A stretch of 64,000 nt of DNA from an uncultured Dehalococcoidia bacterium. GTDB lineage: Bacteria; Chloroflexota; Dehalococcoidia; Lucifugimonadales; UBA1123. The stretch spans positions 5,758-69,757 of the forward strand of contig CAZXFX010000002.1 of NCBI GenBank assembly GCA_964640295.1. The letters run 5' to 3'. Of this stretch, positions 45,813 to 54,653 are shown piece after piece (positions within the stretch are counted from its first letter, which is position 1; each line of letters begins with the position of its first letter). Both the position numbers and the translations under genes were made by a program. Under the pieces are notes generated by a model, which was not told the origin of the DNA, made no database searches, and saw only the letters and a list, made by a program, of their open reading frames with translations.

Positions 45813-47414
45813 CTAAATCTCTATCGCCTCATCTGTGTGCAGAATGCGGAGCGCGGTTGTGATGGCGTCCGCGGCGAGCCGCTTTTGGTCGGGGGACTCG
45901 ATTCCGGAGGTGAGGCGCGCGATGATCTGGGCGGCGGTATGCTGTCCGTTTATGCAGGAAACGAGCGCTGTCACTAACTGGCTTACGGGCGCTCCTTCCG
46001 GTCTGTCGGGGGTAACTAGCAGGACGCTCCACTGAAATTGGTCGTCCGCGAACGCGATTCCGCGCTCCAGTCGGACGCCGTCGGCCAATCTGGGGACGGC
46101 TTGGAGTATGCGAGCGCTGTCGAAGCGGTCGGATCTGCGCGCTCTTTCGGACTCGATTTCGCGCATGGCTTGCGTGAGGTCCGCCGGCAGGCGTCCCCTG
46201 TCGAGGACGGCGCGCTCGTAGCCGCGCGGGGCTTGTCCGGCGACGGCGCGTATGAAGGAGCGGCGGGATTCGAGGTCGTCGTCTCCGATGATGCGGCGCG
46301 CTTCCCAGAAGTAGGATTCGACTGTTCGGTTGCTGGAGTAGAAGAGACGGGCGAGTTCGCGGAAGTGTCCGTATTCTTTGCGGTATAGCCGCTGGTAGAG
46401 GCGGGCGGCGGACTGGCGCATGGTGGGGTCGGCGGTGACGGCGCGAATGTAGGCGGCGGCCATGAGAGCGGACATCATGGCGAGGTGGACGCCGGAGGAG
46501 AAGAGCGGGTCTATGAAGCAGGCGGCGTCGCCGACGAGTATCCAGCCGTCGCCTATCATGCGGGCGGACGTGTATGACCAGTCTTTCACGACGCGAGGCG
46601 GAGCGATGAGTCGCGCGTCGGCGATCATGCGGGCGGTGCGGGCTGCGGAGTGGAGTTGCTCCATGTAGTAGTCGTGTACGCCGCGCTCGGTTATGCCGCG
46701 CTGTCCGCGCTCGGAGTCCACGACTGCGCCGACGCTGGCTTTGCCGCCTGCGAGTGGGATGTTCCATGTCCAGCCACGCTGGTAGGACTCGATGAAGATG
46801 TTGGCGGAGTCGGGCTCGGGCAGGCGGCTCGCGCCATCGAAGTAGGCGTAGAGAGCCATGTTGCGGAAGTGGGGGTCCCACTGTCGGAGGTTCAGCGCTC
46901 TGCCGAGTATGGCGGCCTGCCCGCTGGCGTCAATTACCCAGTCGGCGCGCATGGAGCGGGCGGAGCCGTCGGGGGCGCGATATTCGACGCCGGCTACGCG
47001 GTCGGCTTCGAGCATGGGGCGGGTGACGGCGGATTCTTCGCGGACATCCACGCCGAGGGAGCGGGCGTTGTCGAGGAGTATCTTGTCGAACGTGGGGCGC
47101 CACACCTGGTAGGCGTGGGGGTAGGAACGGTTGGTTTCTGCGAAGCGCCAGGTCCAGGGTTCGGGGTCGGCGCCCCAGAGCATGGTCGCGCCGTATTTCT
47201 TGGGGAAGCGGGCGGCTTCTATCTGGTGCAGGACGCCGAGTTGCCGCAGGATGGGCATGGAGGCGGGCAGCAGCGACTCGCCGACGTGGTCGCGCGGGAA
47301 GCGTTCGCGCTCGAGCAGGGTTACGCGAGAGCCGTGTCGAGCGAGGAGAGCGGCGGCGGTAGAGCCGCCTGGCCCGCCTCCGATGATGATGATGTCGGTG
47401 TGTTCTGGGGTCAT
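45813..47414 (-). CDS. FAD-dependent oxidoreductase, flavin-dependent halogenase-like, with C-terminal extension
   Basis: 533-aa ORF with IIIGGGPGGSTAAALL (GxGxxG), HVGESLLP and GWTWNIPL (the WxWxIP motif typical of flavin-dependent halogenases). A C-terminal extension of about 110 aa has a winged-helix/PqqD-like pattern. Confidence 0.7.
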   Translation of the reverse strand: MTPEHTDIIIIGGGPGGSTAAALLARHGSRVTLLERERFPRDHVGESLLPASMPILRQLGVLHQIEAARFPKKYGATMLWGADPEPWTWRFAETNRSYPHAYQVWRPTFDKILLDNARSLGVDVREESAVTRPMLEADRVAGVEYRAPDGSARSMRADWVIDASGQAAILGRALNLRQWDPHFRNMALYAYFDGASRLPEPDSANIFIESYQRGWTWNIPLAGGKASVGAVVDSERGQRGITERGVHDYYMEQLHSAARTARMIADARLIAPPRVVKDWSYTSARMIGDGWILVGDAACFIDPLFSSGVHLAMMSALMAAAYIRAVTADPTMRQSAARLYQRLYRKEYGHFRELARLFYSSNRTVESYFWEARRIIGDDDLESRRSFIRAVAGQAPRGYERAVLDRGRLPADLTQAMREIESERARRSDRFDSARILQAVPRLADGVRLERGIAFADDQFQWSVLLVTPDRPEGAPVSQLVTALVSCINGQHTAAQIIARLTSGIESPDQKRLAADAITTALRILHTDEAIEI

Positions 47415-47669
47415 TTGTGAAATCTCGAACTATATTGGCAGATGTCTGTAATAGTATTGCAGTGAATTTCAATTCAACTGAAAGGGGGATGACAGGCTGG
47501 CTGGATAGAACGACATCATTCTACCAATTCGGCGCGTGAGAGGAATTACAAAGGGATTGGAAATGGTTGGGTCATAGATATTGACGATGACGTTTATGTT
47601 GCGTCAACCGGAAGTAGGGTGGTATCTAACCCGTGTCGTCTATGAATGCAGGTGTCAGGATAGATTTGT

Positions 47670-48368
47670 ATGAGTGGAACACGCGCCAAATTCACGCCTA
47701 GTCACGCAGCCATTTCATGCCTGGTGACGTTGCTTCTTGTAATAGCTGATTACGCGTGTGTTCTGCCCCAAATGGAAGACGGAGAAGTAGAATTGTGTGA
47801 ACATAGAGGCTGGCCCGGCCCTGAAGATGACTGGTCGCAATACGAGATTCAAAGCGCGCCATTCGTTAAAGCGGATAATTCTCTCCTTAAACCTCCCGTG
47901 GTGCAAATGCTGGTTGAGAACGGAGAAATCGAGACATTTACTGATGGTAAACTATTCACCGCTCATTGGGTCAATAAATATACTCGGTTGGAGCTAGACC
48001 AAACCCTACCGGTTCCGTGGCCAGATCCAACTAGTGGCAGGTTTCCCTGCCATGTTCGGATGCTTACAGACAAACTTCCTTGGTCTGTAACTATCGTTGG
48101 TCTCTCCAGCGCGGATGTTGATGTGGTTACAGGCGAGCCATTAACTGATGGGATTCGATATGAATGTGGGCGTTTCGGCCACAGGCCTTGTGTGCATCTT
48201 AACGATGAGGGATTCGTTGAAATCCATCCGATACCGCAACCGCTTCTGGACCTTCCTTACTTAGTGGTATTTGCCATGTGGATGATTCATCCATACGAGA
48301 GGACTGGACAACCTGAAGATCCCCCGAGTATGTTTGCCACCTGGCTGTTTCGTTTCTCGGAGGAGTGA
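47670..48368 (+). CDS. hypothetical protein (orphan; N-terminal hydrophobic segment)
   Basis: 232-aa ORF in a lower-G+C patch with N-terminal ISCLVTLLLVIADYACVL. No motif recognised. Confidence 0.4.
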   Translation: MSGTRAKFTPSHAAISCLVTLLLVIADYACVLPQMEDGEVELCEHRGWPGPEDDWSQYEIQSAPFVKADNSLLKPPVVQMLVENGEIETFTDGKLFTAHWVNKYTRLELDQTLPVPWPDPTSGRFPCHVRMLTDKLPWSVTIVGLSSADVDVVTGEPLTDGIRYECGRFGHRPCVHLNDEGFVEIHPIPQPLLDLPYLVVFAMWMIHPYERTGQPEDPPSMFATWLFRFSEE

Positions 48369-48376
48369 ACGCGCCG

Positions 48377-49333
48377 CTACGCCGCGTCCACGACGCAGCG
48401 GAAACCGAGGTTGCCGGTGGAGCTATCCGGCGTGTTGGAACTGCGCGCGGCGACTCGGTAGCGGTTGCAGTATGAGTCGTGGCACAGGTATGAGCCTCCC
48501 TTGATGACGCGGCTCACGCCTGTGGGCGGCCCGTCCGGGTCTTGCCTGGGGCCGGCGACATGATAGCTGGGGCTGAACCAGTCGGACTGCCACTCCCACA
48601 CGTTGCCGCTCATGTTGTAGAGTCCGAATCCGTTGGGGTCGAATGACTTGGCGGGCGCTACGCCCGCGTAGCCGTCCTCTTCCGTGTTGGAGGTGGGAAA
48701 GTCGCCCTGCCAGATGTTGCACATGTGGCGTCCGTCGGGGGTAAGGTCGTCGCCCCAGGCGTAGCGCTTGGCGTAGAGTCCGCCGCGCGCCGCCATCTCC
48801 CACTCCGCTTCGGTGGGCAGACGCTTGCCCGCCCACTGGCAGTAGGCTTGGGCGTCGTTCCACGAAACGTGAGTGACCGGGTGATCCATGCGTCTGCCGA
48901 TAGCGGAGCCGGGGCCCTCCGGTCTGCGCCAGCTAGCGCCGTCTATTCTCCACCACCACTGCGCGTTGGCGACCGCCCGGGTAACGCGGCGGGCGAGACG
49001 GGGATGGACGAACAGGTGGAAGACGAATGACCAGCCGAATCGCTCCGCCTCCGTCTTGTAGCGTGTCGCGCGAACGAACCTGCCAAACTGCGCGTTGGTG
49101 ACCGCCGTCTCGTCCATGTAGAAGGGCGAGACGTGGACTTCCCTGGCGGGGCCTTCGCCGTCTGCGGGAAAGCCGATTGGGTCGTCGGTTCCCATCAGGA
49201 AACTGCCGCCCGGTATGTAGGCCATGTCCTTAGGAGCGCGGCGCGGCGCGGCGGTTCTGGCAACGGCGACCGGCGCAGTCGCCGGACGACGTTCGCGTTC
49301 ATTGACTGACGGGGCGCAGCAGGTGTCTGTCAT
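48377..49333 (-). CDS. formylglycine-generating enzyme family protein (SUMF1/EgtB-type fold)
   Basis: YIPGGSFLMGTDD, WNDAQAYCQWAGKRLPTEAEWE, GNVWEWQSDW and RVIKGGSYLCHDSYCNRYRVAARS are canonical FGE blocks. ATG 49333 with an AGGAAAG RBS is preferred over 49372. Confidence 0.85.
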   Translation of the reverse strand: MTDTCCAPSVNERERRPATAPVAVARTAAPRRAPKDMAYIPGGSFLMGTDDPIGFPADGEGPAREVHVSPFYMDETAVTNAQFGRFVRATRYKTEAERFGWSFVFHLFVHPRLARRVTRAVANAQWWWRIDGASWRRPEGPGSAIGRRMDHPVTHVSWNDAQAYCQWAGKRLPTEAEWEMAARGGLYAKRYAWGDDLTPDGRHMCNIWQGDFPTSNTEEDGYAGVAPAKSFDPNGFGLYNMSGNVWEWQSDWFSPSYHVAGPRQDPDGPPTGVSRVIKGGSYLCHDSYCNRYRVAARSSNTPDSSTGNLGFRCVVDAA

Positions 49334-49477
49334 CGTGTCTTTCCTATTTGATGGCTGTATGATTGGTAGCATAGGGTTCGCGGCGTGTCAATCGTTTCGG
49401 GATGAGACGGCTTCACAGTACGCAGCGGTCTATGAAGATTTGTATGACCATGCGCTTGAGGACGCCCAGCAATCATC

Positions 49478-50446
49478 TTGCCGTTGACTCGCCTGACCCC
49501 ACGCCCATATCATTTCAGCGTGAACGAGCGGACAGACACCGGCATATTACTCACCATGCGAGCGCTGCTCAGGTCCGCGCGCCCTAGACAGTGGACGAAG
49601 AACCTCGCCGTCTTCTTGCCGCTGTTCTTCAGCGTCAACGAAGCGTGGACCCTCGACGACAGCCAGACAGCGCTCCAGTTCGCCGCCCGCGCCATCGCCG
49701 CCGCCATCGTTTTCTGCCTTGTCAGTTCGGCCATCTACATTCTGAACGACCTTGCCGACAGAGAGCGAGACAGCGCTCACCCCACCAAGCGAAAGAGGCC
49801 CATCGCATCCGGCGCCCTTTCACCCCGACTCGCCGCGCTCTCGGCAATCCTTTTAGCTTTCGTGGGGCTATCGTCCGCATTCGCGCTCGACCTATACCTC
49901 GGCGCCGTCATACTCACATATCTGGCCATACAGGCGCTCTATTCAAGCCATCTCAAGAACGTCGCGCTTCTCGACGTATTCTCAGTCGCCTCCGGATTCG
50001 TGCTGCGAGCGCTCGCGGGCGCGGTCGTCATAGGAGTGCCAGTCTCGCCGTGGCTCTACATCTGCGCGGGACTCGGATCGCTCTTCATCGCGCTCGCCAA
50101 GAGAAGAAGCGAACTTGCCCGAGACGAAGACGCCGCCGTCCATCAGCGCAGCATTCTCAGCGCATACACACTCCCAATGCTAGACCAGATGATAGGCATA
50201 GTCGCCACCGCGTCCGTGGTCAGCTACGCGCTCTATACCTTCACAGCCGACAATCTGCCCGACAACCACGCAATGACGCTAACGCTGCCATTCGCGCTCT
50301 ACGGCGTATTCAGATACATATATCTCATACATACCCGCGACGTCGCCGAAAGCCCGGAAGAGATACTCATAGGCGACCGCCCCATGATAATCGCCGTACT
50401 GCTCTGGCTCGCCACCGGCGCCGCGATACTGCTGCTGTACAGGTAG
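49478..50446 (+). CDS. UbiA-family prenyl/phosphoribosyl transferase (decaprenyl-phosphate phosphoribosyltransferase-like)
   Basis: RPRQWTKNLAVFLPLFFS and NDLADRERD (NDxxDxxxD) motifs with multiple TM segments. The true start may be ATG 49556 (MRALLRS). Confidence 0.75.
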   Translation: MPLTRLTPRPYHFSVNERTDTGILLTMRALLRSARPRQWTKNLAVFLPLFFSVNEAWTLDDSQTALQFAARAIAAAIVFCLVSSAIYILNDLADRERDSAHPTKRKRPIASGALSPRLAALSAILLAFVGLSSAFALDLYLGAVILTYLAIQALYSSHLKNVALLDVFSVASGFVLRALAGAVVIGVPVSPWLYICAGLGSLFIALAKRRSELARDEDAAVHQRSILSAYTLPMLDQMIGIVATASVVSYALYTFTADNLPDNHAMTLTLPFALYGVFRYIYLIHTRDVAESPEEILIGDRPMIIAVLLWLATGAAILLLYR

Positions 50447-50520
50447 CGCGATAGCGGCGCAAGCGCCTCTGTGCTAAACTCCGCTAGCGTCCCATACGCA
50501 AAACAGACAGGAGTTCAACC

Positions 50521-52563
50521 ATGGTACCACCCGGAGACGTGTTTGGAATCATACCAATCTGGCTAGCGGTTTACGCGCTGTCCCTAGGAGTATTCGCATC
50601 AGCCGCCTACATACTCTACCTGCGAGTGTTTCGGCTTGTCCTGCTGGGCAAGAATCCTGAGCGGTTCGACCAGCCTGTTCGCCGTCTTTTCGGCGCGCTC
50701 CCCTACATATTAGGGCAGCGCAAAGTGTTGCAGAGCGTCTCGTTCCGCGACCGCGCCGGACTCGCTCACTTCTTCATCTTCTGGGGATTCCTATCTTTCA
50801 CCGCCAGTTACATACTCTACATATTCGCCGACTCCATCTGGCCTCAATTCTCTGAAACCATACTCACCGACACAGGCGTCCGCGTCTTCACCGCCTATCT
50901 GGATATACTGGCCGTCATATTCTTCTTTGTGCTGATATGGGCGGCGGTCAGGAGATGGGGAATCAGGCCGCGTCGCCTCAGCTTCGACCTCACGCAGAAA
51001 GGCGAGTCCGCGATAATCCTGCTGCTCATCGCCTGCCTCATGCTCTTCACGCTGCTCACCGAGGCGTTCTACGTCGCCGCCGGCGGACATGGGCCCCACG
51101 CAGACGCGCTCATCGGACGTCCGCTCGGCGAAGCCTTCGCCAGCGCCGGAATCGAGGGCGACCTCGCCAACGCGCTCCAGGGCGTATTCTGGTGGCTGCA
51201 CCTCGCCATCATACTCGGATTCTCGCTCTACATACCGCTCTCCAAGCACATGCACATCGTTGCCGCTCCCATCAGTTTCTTCACCCGCAAGCTGGAAGAG
51301 CGCGGAACGCTCGCCACCCCCGATCTGGACGCCGCCTTTGAAAACGAGGAGGCGCTGGGCGCGAGCAAGATACAGGATTTTACGTGGAAGGAACTGCTGG
51401 ACGGCTATTCCTGCGCCGTGTGCGGGCGCTGCTCGGACAACTGCCCCGCAAATATCACAGGCAAGATACTCTCGCCTATGCACATAGTCGAGAACATGAA
51501 GGAGCACGTACTCGAGTTCGGCGACGGCGTATCCAACGGCAACGACGAGCAGGAATCCAAGCCCATGATCGGCAACTGGATATCCGAAGAAGCGCTCTGG
51601 GACTGCGTAACCTGCGGCGCCTGCATACAGGAATGTCCCGTGGGCGTCGAACACATAGACTCCATCGTGGATATGCGCCGCTTCATGGTCATGGAGCAGG
51701 CGTCCATGCCCGACACCGCTATGGAGGCGCTCCTCAGCATGGAGCAGCGCGGCCACCCATGGCGCGGCACCACCTACTCGCGCTCCGACTGGGCTGAAGG
51801 CCTAAATGTACCCACCCTGTCCGAAAAGCCGGACGCCGAGATACTCTTCTGGGTCGGATGCACCGCCGCGCTCGAACAGCGCAGCCAGAGTGTCGCCCGC
51901 GCGATGGCGTCGGTGCTCAAGCGCGCCGGCGTGGATTTCGCCATTCTCGGCGACGAGGAATCTTGCACCGGCGACCCCGCGCGGCGCATGGGCAACGAGT
52001 ATCTCTACCAGATAATGGCGCAGCAGAACATTGAGACGATGAACTCCTACGATGTCAAGAAGGTGGTGACCATCTGCCCGCACTGCTTCAACACCATCAA
52101 GAACGAGTACCCGCATCTGGGCGGCGACTATGAAGTCCTACACTACACCGAGTTCGTCAACGACCTGATAAGCGATGGCAAGATCAAGCCCGTCGCGGAG
52201 ATAAACACGACCATCGCATACCACGACTCCTGCTATCTCGGCAGACACAACGGCATATACGACGCGCCCCGCCAGATAGCCAACTCCATTCCGGGCGTTC
52301 AGCTAGTAGAGATGAGTCGCTGCCGCGAGCGCGGATTCTGCTGCGGAGCGGGCGGCGGACACATGTGGATGGAGGAGTCCAAGGGCCAGCGCATCAACCA
52401 CGCCCGCTCAGAGCAGTTCTTCGACACTAAAGCCGCCACCGTGGGCGTCTCATGCCCGTTCTGCCTCCAGATGTTCGAGGAAGGCATCGGTTCGCTCGGC
52501 CAGGACGGACAGAAGGAAGCCAAGGACCTGCTCGAAGTTCTGGACGAAAGCCTGTCGGGTTAA
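50521..52563 (+). CDS. membrane-anchored (Fe-S)-binding oxidoreductase (HdrD/DsrK/GlpC-like with N-terminal TM domain)
   Basis: 680-aa ORF with about 5-6 N-terminal TM helices. It has two ferredoxin-type motifs (CAVCGRCSDNCP, CVTCGACIQECP) and two Cys-rich CCG-type regions (CPHCFNT, FCCGAGGG...CPFC). Confidence 0.8.
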   Translation: MVPPGDVFGIIPIWLAVYALSLGVFASAAYILYLRVFRLVLLGKNPERFDQPVRRLFGALPYILGQRKVLQSVSFRDRAGLAHFFIFWGFLSFTASYILYIFADSIWPQFSETILTDTGVRVFTAYLDILAVIFFFVLIWAAVRRWGIRPRRLSFDLTQKGESAIILLLIACLMLFTLLTEAFYVAAGGHGPHADALIGRPLGEAFASAGIEGDLANALQGVFWWLHLAIILGFSLYIPLSKHMHIVAAPISFFTRKLEERGTLATPDLDAAFENEEALGASKIQDFTWKELLDGYSCAVCGRCSDNCPANITGKILSPMHIVENMKEHVLEFGDGVSNGNDEQESKPMIGNWISEEALWDCVTCGACIQECPVGVEHIDSIVDMRRFMVMEQASMPDTAMEALLSMEQRGHPWRGTTYSRSDWAEGLNVPTLSEKPDAEILFWVGCTAALEQRSQSVARAMASVLKRAGVDFAILGDEESCTGDPARRMGNEYLYQIMAQQNIETMNSYDVKKVVTICPHCFNTIKNEYPHLGGDYEVLHYTEFVNDLISDGKIKPVAEINTTIAYHDSCYLGRHNGIYDAPRQIANSIPGVQLVEMSRCRERGFCCGAGGGHMWMEESKGQRINHARSEQFFDTKAATVGVSCPFCLQMFEEGIGSLGQDGQKEAKDLLEVLDESLSG

Positions 52564-52585
52564 GATAGAATGAAGGAAACCGCTG

Positions 52586-53152
52586 GTGAGGTGCCAGGAG
52601 GCGAACATGGTTTCCGTGAAGATAAAGAACAAGTTCACATACGAAGACTATAAGAACGCGCCCGAAGACAAGCGCTATGAACTTCTTGGCGGAGAATTGA
52701 TCATAGTTCCATCCCCGAGTATGTTTCATCAGAGCTCCAGCAAGAAGCTTTTGCGGAAACTGCTGATCGTAGAAGATCTGGGCCTAGGCGCAGTCTTCCA
52801 CGCGCCCACCGACGTCGTATTCACTGGCACAGATACAGTTCAGCCGGACCTGATCTTCATCTCCAACGAACGCGCTCACATCATCACCGAAGACAATGTC
52901 CGCGGCGCGCCCGATCTGGTCATCGAAATCCTCTCGCCATCCACAGCCGGCAGGGACAGGCATTTCAAGCGCACACTCTACGAACGCTACGGCGTCAAGG
53001 AATACTGGATGGTTGACCCCGACGCCAAGAACATCACAGTCCTACTGCTGGGCGAAAACGGCTTCCAGCTATTCGGCATATACGGCGAGGGCCAGACACT
53101 CACGTCGCCGGCGCTGCTCGGATTCAGCCTGAACATCGCCGACATATTCTAA
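52586..53152 (+). CDS. Uma2 family (DUF820) putative endonuclease, tandem copy 1
   Basis: 188-aa ORF with YEDYKNAPEDKRYELLGGEL, VQPDLIFIS, GAPDLVIEILSPST and EYWMVDP. Confidence 0.85.
   Translation: MRCQEANMVSVKIKNKFTYEDYKNAPEDKRYELLGGELIIVPSPSMFHQSSSKKLLRKLLIVEDLGLGAVFHAPTDVVFTGTDTVQPDLIFISNERAHIITEDNVRGAPDLVIEILSPSTAGRDRHFKRTLYERYGVKEYWMVDPDAKNITVLLLGENGFQLFGIYGEGQTLTSPALLGFSLNIADIF
52838..53152 (+). repeat. near-identical 3' segment shared by the tandem Uma2 genes (copy A)
   Basis: About 315 nt, roughly nine in ten positions identical by eye to 53400-53714. The central parts of the two genes are much more diverged. Confidence 0.7.
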
Positions 53153-53165
53153 AAAGGAGGCGAGC

Positions 53166-53714
53166 GTGGTTGTCGAGAGAGCGCTAAAGAAGTTCACCTA
53201 CGAAGACTATAAGAACGCGCCCGAAGACAGGCGCTATGAACTTCTTGACGGAGAGTTAGTCGAAATGCCGTCGCCCAAAGAGATTCATCAAAGGCTGGTA
53301 TTGCTTCTGGGGAGTCTATTCCTCAACTTCGTCTCCACTAATGACATGGGCAAAGCGTACATAGCGCCCTTTGACGTGATACTCACAGACACCGATGTAG
53401 TTCAGCCAGATGTGATGTTCATCTCAAACGAACGCGCCCGCATCATCACCGAAGACAACATTCGCGGCGCGCCCGATCTGGTCATTGAAATCCTGTCTTC
53501 GTCCACAGCCGGCAGGGACAGGCATTTCAAGCGCACACTCTACGAACGCCACGGCGTCAAGGAATACTGGATGATTGACCCTGAAGCCAAGAACATCACG
53601 GTCCTACTGCTGGGCGAAAACGGCTTCGAGTTAGTCGCCATATACGGCGAGGGCCAGACACTCACGTCGCCGACGCTGCTCGGATTCAGCCTGAACATGG
53701 ACGACATATTCTAA
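53166..53714 (+). CDS. Uma2 family (DUF820) putative endonuclease, tandem copy 2
   Basis: 182-aa ORF with YEDYKNAPEDRRYELLDGEL, VQPDVMFIS, GAPDLVIEILSSST and EYWMIDP. GGAGG RBS lies 13 nt after the stop of copy 1. Confidence 0.85.
   Translation: MVVERALKKFTYEDYKNAPEDRRYELLDGELVEMPSPKEIHQRLVLLLGSLFLNFVSTNDMGKAYIAPFDVILTDTDVVQPDVMFISNERARIITEDNIRGAPDLVIEILSSSTAGRDRHFKRTLYERHGVKEYWMIDPEAKNITVLLLGENGFELVAIYGEGQTLTSPTLLGFSLNMDDIF
53400..53714 (+). repeat. near-identical 3' segment shared by the tandem Uma2 genes (copy B)
   Basis: Counterpart of 52838-53152 at an offset of 562 nt. Confidence 0.7.
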
Positions 53715-53757
53715 AAGCCCCGCGATACAGAACTCGTCATATAAGACGACCCGTGTT

Positions 53758-54630
53758 TCAGACGATCCCAGCCAGCCATTCTCGCAGATCGTTCGCCCGC
53801 TCTTCTCTTCTGAGCGCTTCCTTCACTGACGCCTTCAGCGCGCCGAGAGGAGTCCCAACGTCTTGGTGCTCGCCTCCAAAGCGGTAGCCGTAAACGCCCG
53901 GCGATTCTATATGCCGCGCGATCGCGTCCGTGAGCTGTATCTCGCCCAGCGCGCCCGACGGAATAGTTTCCAGAGTATCGAATATCTCGGGGCCAAGAAC
54001 ATATCTGCCCACAATCGCCAGATTCGACGGCGCGTCCTCGATGGCGGGCTTCTCCACCATTTCCAAGATACGCGACACGCCGCCCGAAATCGCATCCATG
54101 CCCACTATGCCCTTGCTCGGCAAATCTTCTTCAGAAACCTCTTCCAGCGCCACGACGTATCCGCCCGTCCGCCCATGAATCTCGATCATCTCTCCAATAG
54201 TCGGTCTGTCGGCCCATATCACGTCGTCCGGCAGAAAGACCGCGAAGGCCTCGTCTCCAATCCACTCGCGCGCCATCGAGACCGCGTGTCCCAGTCCCAT
54301 CTGCTCCGTCTGGGGCACCCAACTCACCCTGGCCATGCGCGCTATTTCCCGCATCTGTTCCAGCGTCGCGCTATCATTTCTGGACGCGAGCGCGTCTTCC
54401 AGCGCAGGCTGCGGACTAAAGTAGCGCTCTATCAACTCGCCCTGTCCCTCAGACACTACGAAGATGATCTGATCTATGCCCGCCGAAACGGCTTCTTCGA
54501 CGCAAATGTGAACCGAAGGGCGGTCGAAGACCGGCAGCAAATTCTTTGGGACGGCGCGCGTAGCCGGAAGAAACCTCGTCCCGAAGCCCGCCACTGGAAC
54601 CACCGCTTTGCGAATCGTCAAGTTGACCAC
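53758..54630 (-). CDS. galU: UTP--glucose-1-phosphate uridylyltransferase
   Basis: 290-aa ORF with KAVVPVAGFGTRFLPATRAVPKNLLPV (GxGTRxLPxTK-type motif), VEKP and GRYVLGPEIF blocks. Confidence 0.88.
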   Translation of the reverse strand: MVNLTIRKAVVPVAGFGTRFLPATRAVPKNLLPVFDRPSVHICVEEAVSAGIDQIIFVVSEGQGELIERYFSPQPALEDALASRNDSATLEQMREIARMARVSWVPQTEQMGLGHAVSMAREWIGDEAFAVFLPDDVIWADRPTIGEMIEIHGRTGGYVVALEEVSEEDLPSKGIVGMDAISGGVSRILEMVEKPAIEDAPSNLAIVGRYVLGPEIFDTLETIPSGALGEIQLTDAIARHIESPGVYGYRFGGEHQDVGTPLGALKASVKEALRREERANDLREWLAGIV

Positions 54631-54653
54631 CTCCGCATATCTGGAATATACGC

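Noticed and set aside
45829-47472. Several long ORFs (350 aa, 256 aa, 180 aa) overlapping the halogenase-like gene in other frames
   Set aside because: Their translations are extremely Arg/Pro/His-rich with no motifs. The 533-aa frame carries the GxGxxG and WxWxIP motifs and explains the region.
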